From NCBI GenBank assembly GCA_943350175.1, contig CALQZX010000004.1, positions 7,214 through 71,213 on the forward strand: 64,000 bases of DNA, in the 5' to 3' direction. Both the position numbers and the translations under genes were made by a program. Below, piece by piece: positions 20,212-30,748 of this stretch; the stretch's first letter is position 1, and every line of letters starts with the position of its first letter. The notes beneath the pieces were generated by a model. That model saw nothing but the letters and a program-made list of their open reading frames with translations, had not been told where the DNA came from and did not search any database. This DNA is from Parcubacteria group bacterium. Its GTDB lineage: Bacteria; Patescibacteriota; Microgenomatia; UBA1400; PJMF01.

Positions 20212-21081
20212 ATGAAAAAAATACATTTCTTTAAAGCTTACTCTAGACTAGGGCTAATCAACCCTCCTCATGGCAGCCAACAATTCAATTATGGCGTAGA
20301 AATCGCTCCTGATTTCGTTTTAGATCAAGATTTTCTAAAAAAATTTGTCAATTATAAAATTGATCGATACACTTTTTCAAAACCAGAAAAAATCATCAAA
20401 GAGGATTATCAAAAAATCATGGCAAAAGAATCCCTAGAATTTGCAGCCTTGATCAATGAAAAATTGAAAAACCAAGAAATTCAGGTTGTTATTGGCGGGG
20501 ACCACAGCGTTGCTTTTGGCTCAGTTTTGGCTTTGTTAGAACGCTACAAACCAGAGGAATTGACCTATGTTCATTTTGATTCTCATGCAGACACTTCCTC
20601 CATGCAAAATAGTCCTAGTCAAAATTTTCATGGACAATTTTTACGCGCCTTAATTGATGAAAACTTTGATCATAAGGCGCTTAGAAAGATCAAGGGCAAA
20701 TGTCTATTAGCAAAAAATACGGTAATTATCGGTGATTTAGAAGCTGATGACTTTGATTTCATTGAGCAAGCAAAAATCAACTATTTTGATGGTCATAATA
20801 CCGAATTAATAATCGAAAGAATCAAATCACTGAGTCAAGAAACCAAACATCTGCATATTAGTTTTGACATTGATGTTTTTGAAAAAAAACTAGTGGCTGC
20901 CACTGGCACACCAAATTCTTGGGGAGGTTTAAATGAAAACCAGGTTTTGCCGATTCTAGAACAACTAGCTCTTTTGCAAAATATATCAATGGATTTGGTC
21001 GAAGTTAATCCGAAAAAAACAGACAGTAGAAACACTATAAACTTAGCGCAAGAAATACTTTCTAAAATACTTTTAAGATAA
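20212..21081 (+). CDS. Arginase/ureohydrolase family protein
   Basis: GGDHS, DSHAD, FHG, SFDID, TGTP, VEVNP. Confidence 0.9.
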   Translation: MKKIHFFKAYSRLGLINPPHGSQQFNYGVEIAPDFVLDQDFLKKFVNYKIDRYTFSKPEKIIKEDYQKIMAKESLEFAALINEKLKNQEIQVVIGGDHSVAFGSVLALLERYKPEELTYVHFDSHADTSSMQNSPSQNFHGQFLRALIDENFDHKALRKIKGKCLLAKNTVIIGDLEADDFDFIEQAKINYFDGHNTELIIERIKSLSQETKHLHISFDIDVFEKKLVAATGTPNSWGGLNENQVLPILEQLALLQNISMDLVEVNPKKTDSRNTINLAQEILSKILLR

Positions 21082-22479
21082 ATTAGCAATAATTTGGTGA
21101 GCTTTGGCTTCAATTTCTAAAGCTCGCTTCTTATTTTTACCAAAAACGATGTAGGCAAGCAATCCTTGCCTAAGTAAATTAGCGGAAGCAATCACGATAC
21201 CTTCTTTAGTTTTTTTATCAAAAAGGACTGATTCAAGAGCTTTAATCAACTCCTCAAAAGATGGGATTACTCCCTTTGGTAGTGCCCAAGAATTATTTGA
21301 CAACACATAAGCGTCATTTAAAAAATCTTTGCCAATTAACTTAACCGCCGTCTTGTAAACATGAGTTCCTCCAGTGCGTCTAGTATTTGACTCTGAGACG
21401 TAGAGATCGCCATTTTTGGCAGCCACCAAATCAACGTCATAATATCCACGGTAACCATTAGCAACGTATTGCTCCCCAACGAAAAATCCCATGTCAATAA
21501 TACGAGCCATTAGGCGATCGTTCATCACATCTTCGTTGATCTCTATACCCTGAAAACCACCATCTTTATCTACACGTAGGCCACAATAATATAGGAAATC
21601 AATCTTGCCATTTTTACTAATCTTAAATTCAACGTTGGGAAAACCACCACCAATGCCATAGCTAACGTTAATTAAACTTTCAATAACGATTGGAAACTTG
21701 TCCCAATAAGCATCTTGCTTAAGAATATTGAGAATAGCTTGTTCACAAGCCTTGTAATCAGTTGGCAATTCTCCTTCACGCAAAATTAAGACACCAACGC
21801 CAGAATGGCCTTTATTGGTCTTCAGAACTACACCATCTTCTTTAATGTATTTTTTGGCGGCAATCTTGGCTGCATCAATGATATTGACACAAATTAAACC
21901 CTCAGCCATCAAAAAATCTGGTTCTTCAACCTCACTTTGCTGAGCTAACTGGCGAATGCCAGATTTGCTACCAAAAAAGTTGACTGTCCAAGCATCTTCT
22001 TCCTCTGGAGACTCAGGGGTATAAACGGCGATGCCGCGCTGTCTGAGCTTATTCACTAGAATCAGAAATTGCTCGCTAGTAGAGTAACTTAGTAAAGTTA
22101 ATTTCTTAACGTGATTAGCCAATTCAATTAGCTTTTCAAACAATTCTTCATCTTCGTAGACATCGCGACAAGTCTCTCCAGAATGTTTCTTGGGAACAAG
22201 TATTTCTAACTTGCGAATGCCAAATAATTCTTTGTAGTATTTTATAAAACTATCCTGAATTGGTCTTGGATTGATAAAAACCAAGTCACTTTCTTCAGTA
22301 TTGGTAAACAAATCACGATCGGATAAATCAGCATTCCAATCAATTTCCAAGGCACGACTGTGCTTTGAACTACTCATGGCTTCGATGAAAGGCCAAACGT
22401 CTTCGGAAAAGTTGCAAATGTATACTGTTTTTTCTGCTTTCTTATGATCAGCAGGTATAGGATCAGATTTTTCTGACAT
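21073..22479 (-). CDS. ATP-grasp ligase, pre-ATP-grasp/PGM1-like (paralog 2)
   Basis: Colinear with 18765-20153; VLKTNKGHSGVG, GYYDVD, ESNTRRTGGTH. Confidence 0.7.
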   Translation of the reverse strand: MSEKSDPIPADHKKAEKTVYICNFSEDVWPFIEAMSSSKHSRALEIDWNADLSDRDLFTNTEESDLVFINPRPIQDSFIKYYKELFGIRKLEILVPKKHSGETCRDVYEDEELFEKLIELANHVKKLTLLSYSTSEQFLILVNKLRQRGIAVYTPESPEEEDAWTVNFFGSKSGIRQLAQQSEVEEPDFLMAEGLICVNIIDAAKIAAKKYIKEDGVVLKTNKGHSGVGVLILREGELPTDYKACEQAILNILKQDAYWDKFPIVIESLINVSYGIGGGFPNVEFKISKNGKIDFLYYCGLRVDKDGGFQGIEINEDVMNDRLMARIIDMGFFVGEQYVANGYRGYYDVDLVAAKNGDLYVSESNTRRTGGTHVYKTAVKLIGKDFLNDAYVLSNNSWALPKGVIPSFEELIKALESVLFDKKTKEGIVIASANLLRQGLLAYIVFGKNKKRALEIEAKAHQIIANLS

Positions 22480-22707
22480 AAATTGTGATTCTATTATTTA
22501 GAATCGATAGGAACTTATTTTATCACAAATCGCTATTTGTAAAGAAGAACTTAGACTTGAGGAACTGAAATCAATTGTCCTATAGTTTGCATTTAAATGA
22601 CTTCGTGCTATAATACCCTTTCGTATTTAAAATAATTCATTTGGTTGAGCACGCAAAACATTTGCTTCTTGTCTTTAACCTCTGAAGGATTAAAGAAAGA
22701 AAGTAAT

Positions 22708-24003
22708 ATGTATAACAACGATCGTCGCTCTGGTTCTAATTTTCATAGTGACAGAAATAATAATTCAAGCTCTCGCAGTGGCGGTTCTAGTCGTGGCGGC
22801 TGGGGCGGTGGCGGCAACAGTGGCGGTTCAAATCGCGGCTGGGGCGGCAATGGCGGTGTCAATAGAGGTCGTGGCGGCAGAAAAGTCGTTAGTTTCGATC
22901 CTTCTATGTTCATCCAAAAAGCCAGCGTCGATAATAAAATCGATGAAGCTCAACCAGAAGTTTATCAAAACCTCCATGCTTTTAATGATTTTGCTATTAA
23001 CGAGCAAATTAAAATTAATTTAGCTCAAAAAGGCTATACTGCTCCAACTCCAATTCAGGATCAAATTATTCCTCATATTTTAGATGGTAGAGACGTGGTC
23101 GGTATTGCTAGTACAGGTACTGGTAAAACTGCTGCTTTCTTAATTCCTCTAATTAATAAGGTTTTGAAGAACCCTGCTACTAGAGTTTTAGTGGTTACTC
23201 CAACTCGTGAACTTGCTTTGCAAATCAGAGACGAGCTCATCACTTTTAGTCAAAACTTGCCAATCTATTCTGCCATTGTGATTGGCGGCTCTTCTATCTC
23301 TCGTCAAATCGAGCGTTTACAAAGAAGACCATCCTTCGTCATTGGTACTCCAGGTCGTTTAAAAGATTTGGATCTTAGACACAAATTAAATTTTGCTCAT
23401 TTTGACACCATCGTCTTGGATGAAGTCGACAGAATGTTGGACATGGGCTTTATTCATGAAGTCAAAAGAATCACCGATCAATTGCCAGAAGAAAGACAAT
23501 CTCTGTTTTTCTCAGCTACCACTAATAAAAAAGTAGAAGCCATTATGCAGGGTTTCCTTAGAAATCCAGCTTTTGTCGCTATTGAGTCAAGAGAAAGCAA
23601 GCCAAACATCGATCAAGATATTGTTAACGTAAGAGGTAAAGTCAAAATTGATGTTTTGCATGACCTTTTAATCCAAGAAGCATTCCAAAAAGTTTTAGTT
23701 TTTGGCCGTACTAAGCACAGCATGGAAAGACTAACCATTGAACTCGGTTCAAGAGGTTTTAAAGTCGCTTCCATTCATGGCAATAAGAGTCAGGGTCAAA
23801 GACAAAGAGCTTTAGAGCAATTCCGTGACAATCGTATTCAAATCCTTTTGGCCACTGACGTGGTTTCTAGAGGTTTGGATATCAAAGATGTTACTCACGT
23901 CATTAACTATGATCTGCCAGAAACTCGTGAAGATTATATTCACCGTATTGGTCGTACAGGTCGTGCTGACAAAACCGGCATTGCTTTGACTTTTATTGAC
24001 TAA
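22708..24003 (+). CDS. DEAD-box RNA helicase with Gly/Arg-rich N-terminus
   Basis: PTPIQ, TGTGKT, PTRELA, TPGRL, DEVD, SAT, HRIGRTGR; start at ATG 22708. Confidence 0.95.
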   Translation: MYNNDRRSGSNFHSDRNNNSSSRSGGSSRGGWGGGGNSGGSNRGWGGNGGVNRGRGGRKVVSFDPSMFIQKASVDNKIDEAQPEVYQNLHAFNDFAINEQIKINLAQKGYTAPTPIQDQIIPHILDGRDVVGIASTGTGKTAAFLIPLINKVLKNPATRVLVVTPTRELALQIRDELITFSQNLPIYSAIVIGGSSISRQIERLQRRPSFVIGTPGRLKDLDLRHKLNFAHFDTIVLDEVDRMLDMGFIHEVKRITDQLPEERQSLFFSATTNKKVEAIMQGFLRNPAFVAIESRESKPNIDQDIVNVRGKVKIDVLHDLLIQEAFQKVLVFGRTKHSMERLTIELGSRGFKVASIHGNKSQGQRQRALEQFRDNRIQILLATDVVSRGLDIKDVTHVINYDLPETREDYIHRIGRTGRADKTGIALTFID

Positions 24004-24062
24004 GATTTCCTCTGGAGGAAACTATTCTAGACAAAGCAAGATTTATCTGCAAGTATAGTGGT

Positions 24063-25094
24063 ATGTCTAAAATATACCAAACTCCTTTTTTTGTGGATGA
24101 TGAAGCCTTAAAAAAACTAAAATTAGTTGCTGTAGCTTATTCTCACATCGATAGAGAAGACTTTCCCACGGAGGACTCTTACGAGGCTGAAGTTGAAGTG
24201 GAAGATCGAGCCGAAGAAGTCATCGCTGAAATTGCCAAGTTGGGCGTAGCGGTCAAAGGCTATGCTGGCAATCAATATTTTTTGACTAATATTTTAGTGG
24301 ATAAACCAGATCTGGTTATTAATTTAGTCGATACCGTCAGAGGCAAAGAAGGTCTGCAACCAGCAGTTCCTGGTGCTCTTGAACTCTCATCAGTTAAATA
24401 CACCGGCTCGGGACTACGTGGCTTGGTGCTTGGCAATGATCGCCATATGTTTAAGCAAATGTTGATTGCGCACGATATTCCAACACCAAACTACAAGTTC
24501 ATTAAAGACATGCGTTCTAGAATTCCTGCAGATTTAGGCCTACCTTTAATTGTTAAATTAAATGAAAGTGGCGGCAGTGTCGGAATTGATAACAAAGCAG
24601 TTAAAGAAACCATGGAAGCTGCAACCAAAAAAATGGCCAAGATGTTGGAAGAGCACAAAATGCACGTTATTGTTGAACAATTCATTGATGGACCAGAAAT
24701 TACTGCTGCAATTTTTGACGATGGCAAAAGAAAACATGTTTTCCTCGGCCAAAAAACTTTCCGTCTCCAACCAGATGGCAAACATGATTTTACTAGCCTA
24801 GAGAGTTATGAGGACATTAAGGCCTATTTCTATAAAATCCCTGATCAAGACATCATTGATCGCATTACTCCTCTAGTCATTCGTGCCTTTGAAACCCAGG
24901 ACTATCGCGATTACGCTAAGTTTGATATTCGCTATGATGAAGCCAGCAAAACTCCTTATTTCATTGATTGTAATCCTAATACTGCTCTTGGACCGGATAA
25001 AGGTTTGCCAATGACCGAAGTTTTATTGCTTCATGGCATTGAGTTTACTCACTTGCTCAAGAGCTTGCTGTCAAAATACGCAGTAAAAATATAA
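24063..25094 (+). CDS. D-Ala-D-Ala-ligase-like ATP-grasp protein
   Basis: YTGS, LIVK..ESGGSVGI, VEQFIDGPE, YAKFDIR, DCNPN. Confidence 0.75.
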   Translation: MSKIYQTPFFVDDEALKKLKLVAVAYSHIDREDFPTEDSYEAEVEVEDRAEEVIAEIAKLGVAVKGYAGNQYFLTNILVDKPDLVINLVDTVRGKEGLQPAVPGALELSSVKYTGSGLRGLVLGNDRHMFKQMLIAHDIPTPNYKFIKDMRSRIPADLGLPLIVKLNESGGSVGIDNKAVKETMEAATKKMAKMLEEHKMHVIVEQFIDGPEITAAIFDDGKRKHVFLGQKTFRLQPDGKHDFTSLESYEDIKAYFYKIPDQDIIDRITPLVIRAFETQDYRDYAKFDIRYDEASKTPYFIDCNPNTALGPDKGLPMTEVLLLHGIEFTHLLKSLLSKYAVKI

Positions 25095-25100
25095 TGATTT

Positions 25101-25703
25101 ATGCAAATACGTCAGATCACGCAAATCTCTGAAGCACATTGTGGTGCAGCTGTTTTGCAAATGCTCCTTGAAACAAATGGCGTCACTACCTCTCAAGAAA
25201 TGATTGCTGAAATTGCTGGTGTTGTCGACACTATCGATGAGCATGGCATGCGCGTTGATCAAATTGCCTTAGCTTGCAACCGCATTGCGCCACATTTAAC
25301 TTTTTGGTACAAATATTATTCTTCATTAGAAGACATTAAATATCTACTAACACAGAACATCGCTATTGGTGTTGAATGGCAAGGCTTGTTTTATAATTCG
25401 TTGGAAGAAGAAGATGAGGCTGGTAAAGAAGAAACCGATTATGGTCACTACAGCATTATTGTTTTCTTTGACGAAGAATCAGAACAATTAGTGATAGTTG
25501 ATCCATATAAAGATTTCGCTAACCGTAATCGTATTTTCAATATCCACACTTTTTTACAACGTTGGTGGGACACTAACGAAATCACTGATCGATTTACTGG
25601 CAAAAGTGAAATCATTGAAGACAAGAGAATGCTTTTTTTCGTCACTTCCGACGAACAAAATTTACCACAAGAAATGGGTTTTAAGAAATATAACGGAATC
25701 TAA
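25101..25703 (+). CDS. C39-like papain-fold peptidase
   Basis: Q...HCGAAVLQM, GHYSII, IVDP. Confidence 0.75.
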   Translation: MQIRQITQISEAHCGAAVLQMLLETNGVTTSQEMIAEIAGVVDTIDEHGMRVDQIALACNRIAPHLTFWYKYYSSLEDIKYLLTQNIAIGVEWQGLFYNSLEEEDEAGKEETDYGHYSIIVFFDEESEQLVIVDPYKDFANRNRIFNIHTFLQRWWDTNEITDRFTGKSEIIEDKRMLFFVTSDEQNLPQEMGFKKYNGI

Positions 25704-28230
25704 AAAATTTCAGCATCTCAAACCACACTAAGCCAACAGAAATGGCAAAAATAATCAGCAGAAAATCATTCAAATAAAGTGGCGCTAGATGAAATAAATC
25801 TGCCAAAAATGGCACGTAAATAACGGCAAATAAAGCAATCAAAGTTCCGATTACAGCCACAAAGAATGTCTTATTAGCTTTCATAATTATTTGAAAAATA
25901 TTTTTATTCCACGAAAGATTGACCACTATTAATAAAAGATTAGCTAAAACCAAGGAGGCAAAGGCAAAAGAACGTGCTTCCATCTCGGTTCTGCCTGATT
26001 TGATAGCAAAAACAAATAGAGCAAAAGTCGCAATCAAAAGTCCAGAACCTTGTAATAAATTTATTAGAACTGTTTTGAAATTAAACATCGACTGATTAAT
26101 TTTTCTGGGAGATCTCTTCATTATCCCCTCATCTTCTTTCTCTGCTTCAAAAACAGTTGAGCAAGCAGGATCAATAATTAGCTCCATAAAAGCAATGTGA
26201 GCTGGAAAAAGCACAATCGGAAAATTGAAGAAAAGAGGCAACAAAGACATACCGGCGATCGGCACATGCACAGCCAAAATATAACCCATGGCTCTCTTTA
26301 AGTTATCAAAAATTCTTCTACCCAAACGCACGGCCGCTACAATTGAAGAAAAATCATCAGTCAACAAAACTAAAGCTGCGGCCTCTCTAGCTACGTCAGT
26401 TCCACGCTCGCCCATGGCAATGCCAATGTGGGCTGCTTTGAGAGCTGGAGCGTCATTGACACCATCGCCAGTCATAGCAACTACTTCACCGTTAGCTTTT
26501 AAAGCATTAACAATCGCCAATTTCTGTTCTGGCACGACCCTAGCAAAGATATTAACAGTCTTAATTTTTTCTTTTAGCTGCGAATCACTCATTTTGGCTA
26601 ATTGATCTCCAGTAATATATTCTTCTGAATTTTTAATCCCAATCTTCTTGGCGATAGATTGAGCAGTGCCAGGATAATCTCCGGTAATAACAATCACCCT
26701 GATACCAGCCTCATAAGCCTCCTGCACAGCATTTGGCACAGCGCTGCGAGTGGGATCAATAAAACCAAAAAGCCCCACAAATTCAAAAGTAAAATCATGC
26801 TGATTTTTTGGCAACTCATTTTTAGATGAAATCGCCTTAGCTACTCCTAAAACTCTCAATCCTTTGCCGGACATTTCCGCCACTACTTTTAAGGTTTCTT
26901 CTCTCTCCTTGGCGCTAACGTGGCATAAATCAAGAATTGCCTCAGGAGCACCTTTGGAAGCAATAACGAAATCTTTTTTATCCTCAATCTTCCAAGCATG
27001 AGAAAGGGCAAGGAGTTCCTTGGATAATGGATATTCTTTGAATAAATTCCAATCTTTATGTAGGTGATGAGTATTTTGTAAATATAAATCGCCAACCCCA
27101 CTTAGTTCTTTTTCAATTGGATCAAATGGATCTTTTTGACTGGCCAAAATTCCATACTCCAACAAATCATGAAACTTAGCTGGTAACTCTGTGGCAGCAC
27201 AATCACTTATTTCACAAAAAGAGTTTTTCGTATAAAGACTGGTTAGCTCCATTTTATTGAGCGTTAAAGTACCAGTCTTATCCGTACAAAGGACAGTGGC
27301 AGCACCAAGGGTCTCTATGGCTGCAGGACGTCTAGTCAAAACTTTTTTCTTTGAAATTCTCCAGGCACCTAAAGTCAGGAAAATAACCAAAACAATTGGA
27401 AATTCTTCTGGCAAAACAGCCATGCTTAAAGTCAAACCGGCCAATAAGCCTTGGATTAAATCGTTTTTAACCAAAACATAAAATAAAACCACCAATAAAC
27501 ACAAAATAGCACCAATAATCCCAACGTATCTAACTATTTTTGCGGTTTCTTTATGAAGCAAGGTGTCTTCATCTTTAATGTCTTCCAAGCTTTTGCCAAT
27601 TTTTCCTATTTCGGTGCGAGAGGCAGTTTGAATAACTTTCGCTATTGCGCGACCAGCGACTACCATCGAACCAGAATAAATAAATGGCAGGTCATCTCCA
27701 CCTGGCCTCTGCTGTTCCAACTTGCCATCCCAAACTGATTTTCGAACAGGCATTGATTCGCCAGTAAGCAGAGATTCGTCCACGGATAAATTTTCACAAG
27801 ACAAAATAGTTGCGTCAGCTGGAACTCTATCACCTTCACGAATAACGATGAGATCACCTTTGACTACTTCTCTGCCTGCAATTCTAATTTGTTTGCCGTC
27901 TCTAAGCACTAAAGCCCTTGGGCTGGATAAACTTCGCAAAGATTCTAGAGTTCTTTCGGTTTTTCTTTCCTGATAAAAAGTAATGCCAATGACCACAAAA
28001 ACAGCAACTAGCAACATCATGGCATCTTTTGGTTCGCCCATTAAAAAATATATTAGTCCGCTGCCAAGCAAAATTAAGAGCATTGGTTCAGAAAGAACTT
28101 TGAGAAAAAGCATGAGACTACTTTGTTTTTTTTGAGAAGGTAATTCATTGTAGCCATCATTTTTTAAAATTTTCTTCACCTCAGATTCTGAAAGACCTGG
28201 AAAATTGCTGGCATCTGAAAAAGTAGTCAT
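25681..28230 (-). CDS. Cation-transporting P-type ATPase (P2-like)
   Basis: LTGES, PEEFP, DKTGTLT, KGAPE, TGD, GDGVNDAPAL. Confidence 0.95.
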   Translation of the reverse strand: MTTFSDASNFPGLSESEVKKILKNDGYNELPSQKKQSSLMLFLKVLSEPMLLILLGSGLIYFLMGEPKDAMMLLVAVFVVIGITFYQERKTERTLESLRSLSSPRALVLRDGKQIRIAGREVVKGDLIVIREGDRVPADATILSCENLSVDESLLTGESMPVRKSVWDGKLEQQRPGGDDLPFIYSGSMVVAGRAIAKVIQTASRTEIGKIGKSLEDIKDEDTLLHKETAKIVRYVGIIGAILCLLVVLFYVLVKNDLIQGLLAGLTLSMAVLPEEFPIVLVIFLTLGAWRISKKKVLTRRPAAIETLGAATVLCTDKTGTLTLNKMELTSLYTKNSFCEISDCAATELPAKFHDLLEYGILASQKDPFDPIEKELSGVGDLYLQNTHHLHKDWNLFKEYPLSKELLALSHAWKIEDKKDFVIASKGAPEAILDLCHVSAKEREETLKVVAEMSGKGLRVLGVAKAISSKNELPKNQHDFTFEFVGLFGFIDPTRSAVPNAVQEAYEAGIRVIVITGDYPGTAQSIAKKIGIKNSEEYITGDQLAKMSDSQLKEKIKTVNIFARVVPEQKLAIVNALKANGEVVAMTGDGVNDAPALKAAHIGIAMGERGTDVAREAAALVLLTDDFSSIVAAVRLGRRIFDNLKRAMGYILAVHVPIAGMSLLPLFFNFPIVLFPAHIAFMELIIDPACSTVFEAEKEDEGIMKRSPRKINQSMFNFKTVLINLLQGSGLLIATFALFVFAIKSGRTEMEARSFAFASLVLANLLLIVVNLSWNKNIFQIIMKANKTFFVAVIGTLIALFAVIYVPFLADLFHLAPLYLNDFLLIIFAISVGLVWFEMLKFFRFRYIS

Positions 28231-28357
28231 TTGTTCATAATATCATGAAACCTGACTTCATAAATGGAGCGCAATGTATCCCATAACTGTGCTATAATGG
28301 ATATACTAATACATTTATTTGTATTTATTTTGGCCTCCTAACCCAAATTTCTAAATT

Positions 28358-29485
28358 ATGAAAAAATCAATTTATTTTGATGTTCTTATTGTGTATAACG
28401 AGAAGTTTTCCAAAAGCGCATCTGATCATTCAATTAACAATAAGACACCATTTACAAAAAAACTTGGCAACGAATCATATAATGTAGTTTATGGTTGTTT
28501 TCTTGAAGTTTGCAAAAAATTTGAATTGAAAGCTGCCTTAACGAGTTCAGCTGACATTTCTGGACCAGGAACATGCAGAAGTTTTTGGAGTTTTGAAAAT
28601 AAAAAATGGATAAAAAACAATTTAGAATGTTCCTCCAATTTAATATTTGATAAATTTGCTCCTACAAATCTTGGTATTAAATTGCGTCGCAAACTATTAT
28701 TTTCATCTAGAAAAGTTAAACCATTCAATGATCCTTTTTTATTTGAATTATTTTTTGACAAACAAAAAACTTACGAAAAACTGAGCAGCTATTCTATTCC
28801 AACCGTTTCTTTGGAAGAAAATACCTTGACCAGCATCAATGAGGTTTGTCAAGAATTGGCAATTCTATCTAAAAAACATCCTGGCGCAAACGATTTTAGC
28901 ACTGACATCGTCATGAAAGATCAATTTGGGGCTGGCGGCGAAAACGTCTATAAATTTCCAATCAATAACTCTAAAAATATCTTAGCAACCGTTCTTAAAA
29001 ACACAGGTATTTCGTTTATCATTCAACCATTTGTTAAATTTGATCAAGGCTTTAGTTATCAAAATGCGCCGGCCACAACCGACATCCGCTTCGTTTATCT
29101 AGGTGGAAAAATTGTCCAGTCTTACATCAGAATAGCCAAAACAGGAGATTTTCGCTGCAATGAACATCTGGGAGGCTCTTTAACTTACCTACCCCTCACG
29201 GAAATACCAAAAAAAATAATCACCAAAGCCAATTTAATTGCCAAGGTTTTGAAACAGAAATCATCACTCTACGCGCTTGATTTTGTTATCAGCAACAATG
29301 GAAATGTCTACTTATTAGAAGGCAATACTATGCCTGGTTTAGACTGGAATATGGCGCTAAAAGACAATGAGATTAAAGCTAAAAAATTGATTGAACTAGT
29401 AGTTAAAGAAATGGTATTAAGAACAAAGGCGAAAGTTGCTCAACATTTATCTAAGTCACTATCTTCGTCATACTCAGTTCTTTGA
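28358..29485 (+). CDS. RimK/YheC-D-like ATP-grasp protein
   Basis: FDKQKT, VMKDQFGAGG, IIQPFV, DIRF, FRCNEHLGG, YALDF, LEGNTMPG. Confidence 0.8.
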   Translation: MKKSIYFDVLIVYNEKFSKSASDHSINNKTPFTKKLGNESYNVVYGCFLEVCKKFELKAALTSSADISGPGTCRSFWSFENKKWIKNNLECSSNLIFDKFAPTNLGIKLRRKLLFSSRKVKPFNDPFLFELFFDKQKTYEKLSSYSIPTVSLEENTLTSINEVCQELAILSKKHPGANDFSTDIVMKDQFGAGGENVYKFPINNSKNILATVLKNTGISFIIQPFVKFDQGFSYQNAPATTDIRFVYLGGKIVQSYIRIAKTGDFRCNEHLGGSLTYLPLTEIPKKIITKANLIAKVLKQKSSLYALDFVISNNGNVYLLEGNTMPGLDWNMALKDNEIKAKKLIELVVKEMVLRTKAKVAQHLSKSLSSSYSVL

Positions 29486-29930
29486 GTTTATTAATCAATT
29501 CTTCATCTAAATAATTTGAAGTATCTATCTGCTCTGCATCAAAGATTCTAAGTCCTTCAATAATTCTTCTCACAAAAATTGCCTCATGAGTTCTTAAGTT
29601 TCTCAATTTAATTTCGTTTTCTTCAAAAGTCTTTGAAATGATCACCAATTGAGAGCGGAAAATCGTGGTGTTAATAAAAACATTTGAAATGTTCTTAATA
29701 TCAATACTGTGCACTTCGGAAGAAAGAAAGTGACGATAAATGATCGTCACCCTACCTTCTTCAATATTCATCGTGTTTGGAAAGAAATCAAAAGGAAAAG
29801 CATGTGAAGAGATGCTAACTAGAATTCTGTTAGATTTTCTAACCAGATTAGCAATGGCAATATCATCTGATATTTTTTTCTCATTCAACATCTTTTTTTC
29901 CTCAATAATTTGATTCTTTGTAAGATACAT
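29451..29930 (-). CDS. PH-like domain hypothetical protein
   Basis: FPFDFFP followed by a beta-rich segment. Confidence 0.55.
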   Translation of the reverse strand: MYLTKNQIIEEKKMLNEKKISDDIAIANLVRKSNRILVSISSHAFPFDFFPNTMNIEEGRVTIIYRHFLSSEVHSIDIKNISNVFINTTIFRSQLVIISKTFEENEIKLRNLRTHEAIFVRRIIEGLRIFDAEQIDTSNYLDEELINKLKELSMTKIVT

Positions 29931-29954
29931 ATTTTTAAAAGTTTTTATTTATGG

Positions 29955-30194
29955 CTAGAGGATTCTGCCAATAAAAATAACTAACAGAGCACCTAAAACT
30001 GCAACTGCAAAAGAATTCACATCAAAGCCAGTTATGCCAACTCCAAAAAATCTCTGTCCCAAATAACCGCCAACCACTGCACCAATAATTCCCAAAAGAA
30101 TTGAGCTGATAATTCCACCTTGAGGACCTGGAACAATAAAATTTGTAATGCTTCCGACAATTAAGCCAAAAACTATCCAGTAGATAAATGACAT
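29955..30194 (-). CDS. GlsB/YeaQ/YmgE stress-response membrane protein
   Basis: WIVFGLIVG, GIIGAVVGG, VAVLGA; SD AAAGGAG before ATG 30194. Confidence 0.9.
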   Translation of the reverse strand: MSFIYWIVFGLIVGSITNFIVPGPQGGIISSILLGIIGAVVGGYLGQRFFGVGITGFDVNSFAVAVLGALLVIFIGRIL

Positions 30195-30295
30195 AAAAGT
30201 CTCCTTTCGCACCAATAACTAATAAAAAATATAATCTAAACGGTATCCACACCCTATAACTAACAGTAGTGATTGTATATAGCAGTCTAGCGCAA

Positions 30296-30748
30296 CTAGA
30301 GGCGAATAGCCTCATCAATCAAGAAAATTTGATTCTTTCTAAGCAATGGCATTTTATCTTGCGCAAAAAAACCATATTCAGAAACTTCATGAGTGGGAGC
30401 AAAATTACCACCGATTAAAACGCCGACATAGCACATGTCCAAACGTGCAGAATCTCGATCTGTGCGAGTTTTGAGGGCTTGATCAACACTAACTATAAAA
30501 CCAGACTCTTCTTTGATTTCTCTCTCTAGAGCTTCTCGCGGATGCTCTCCAGCGCTCATATAACCACCAGGCAAACTCCAAGAGTGAGATCTGTAAGTAT
30601 GCTTGAAGAGAAGAACTTCTTTTCTATCATTGAAAATAATTCCCGTCACACCAATCAAAAATTGATCTTGAAAAAAGCGCATAGCAAGAAGCTGAGCGTT
30701 TTTAGGTAAATGCAAAATTTTCCAAATCTTGGCAAGTAAAGGCTTCAC
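30296..30748 (-). CDS. NUDIX hydrolase
   Basis: WSLPGG...GE...ALEREIKEESG. Confidence 0.9.
   Translation of the reverse strand: MKPLLAKIWKILHLPKNAQLLAMRFFQDQFLIGVTGIIFNDRKEVLLFKHTYRSHSWSLPGGYMSAGEHPREALEREIKEESGFIVSVDQALKTRTDRDSARLDMCYVGVLIGGNFAPTHEVSEYGFFAQDKMPLLRKNQIFLIDEAIRL

Noticed and set aside
22770-22880. GC-rich GGCGGC/GGCTGGGGCGG stretch as a DNA repeat element
   Set aside because: Explained by Gly/Arg codons in the helicase N-terminal tail.
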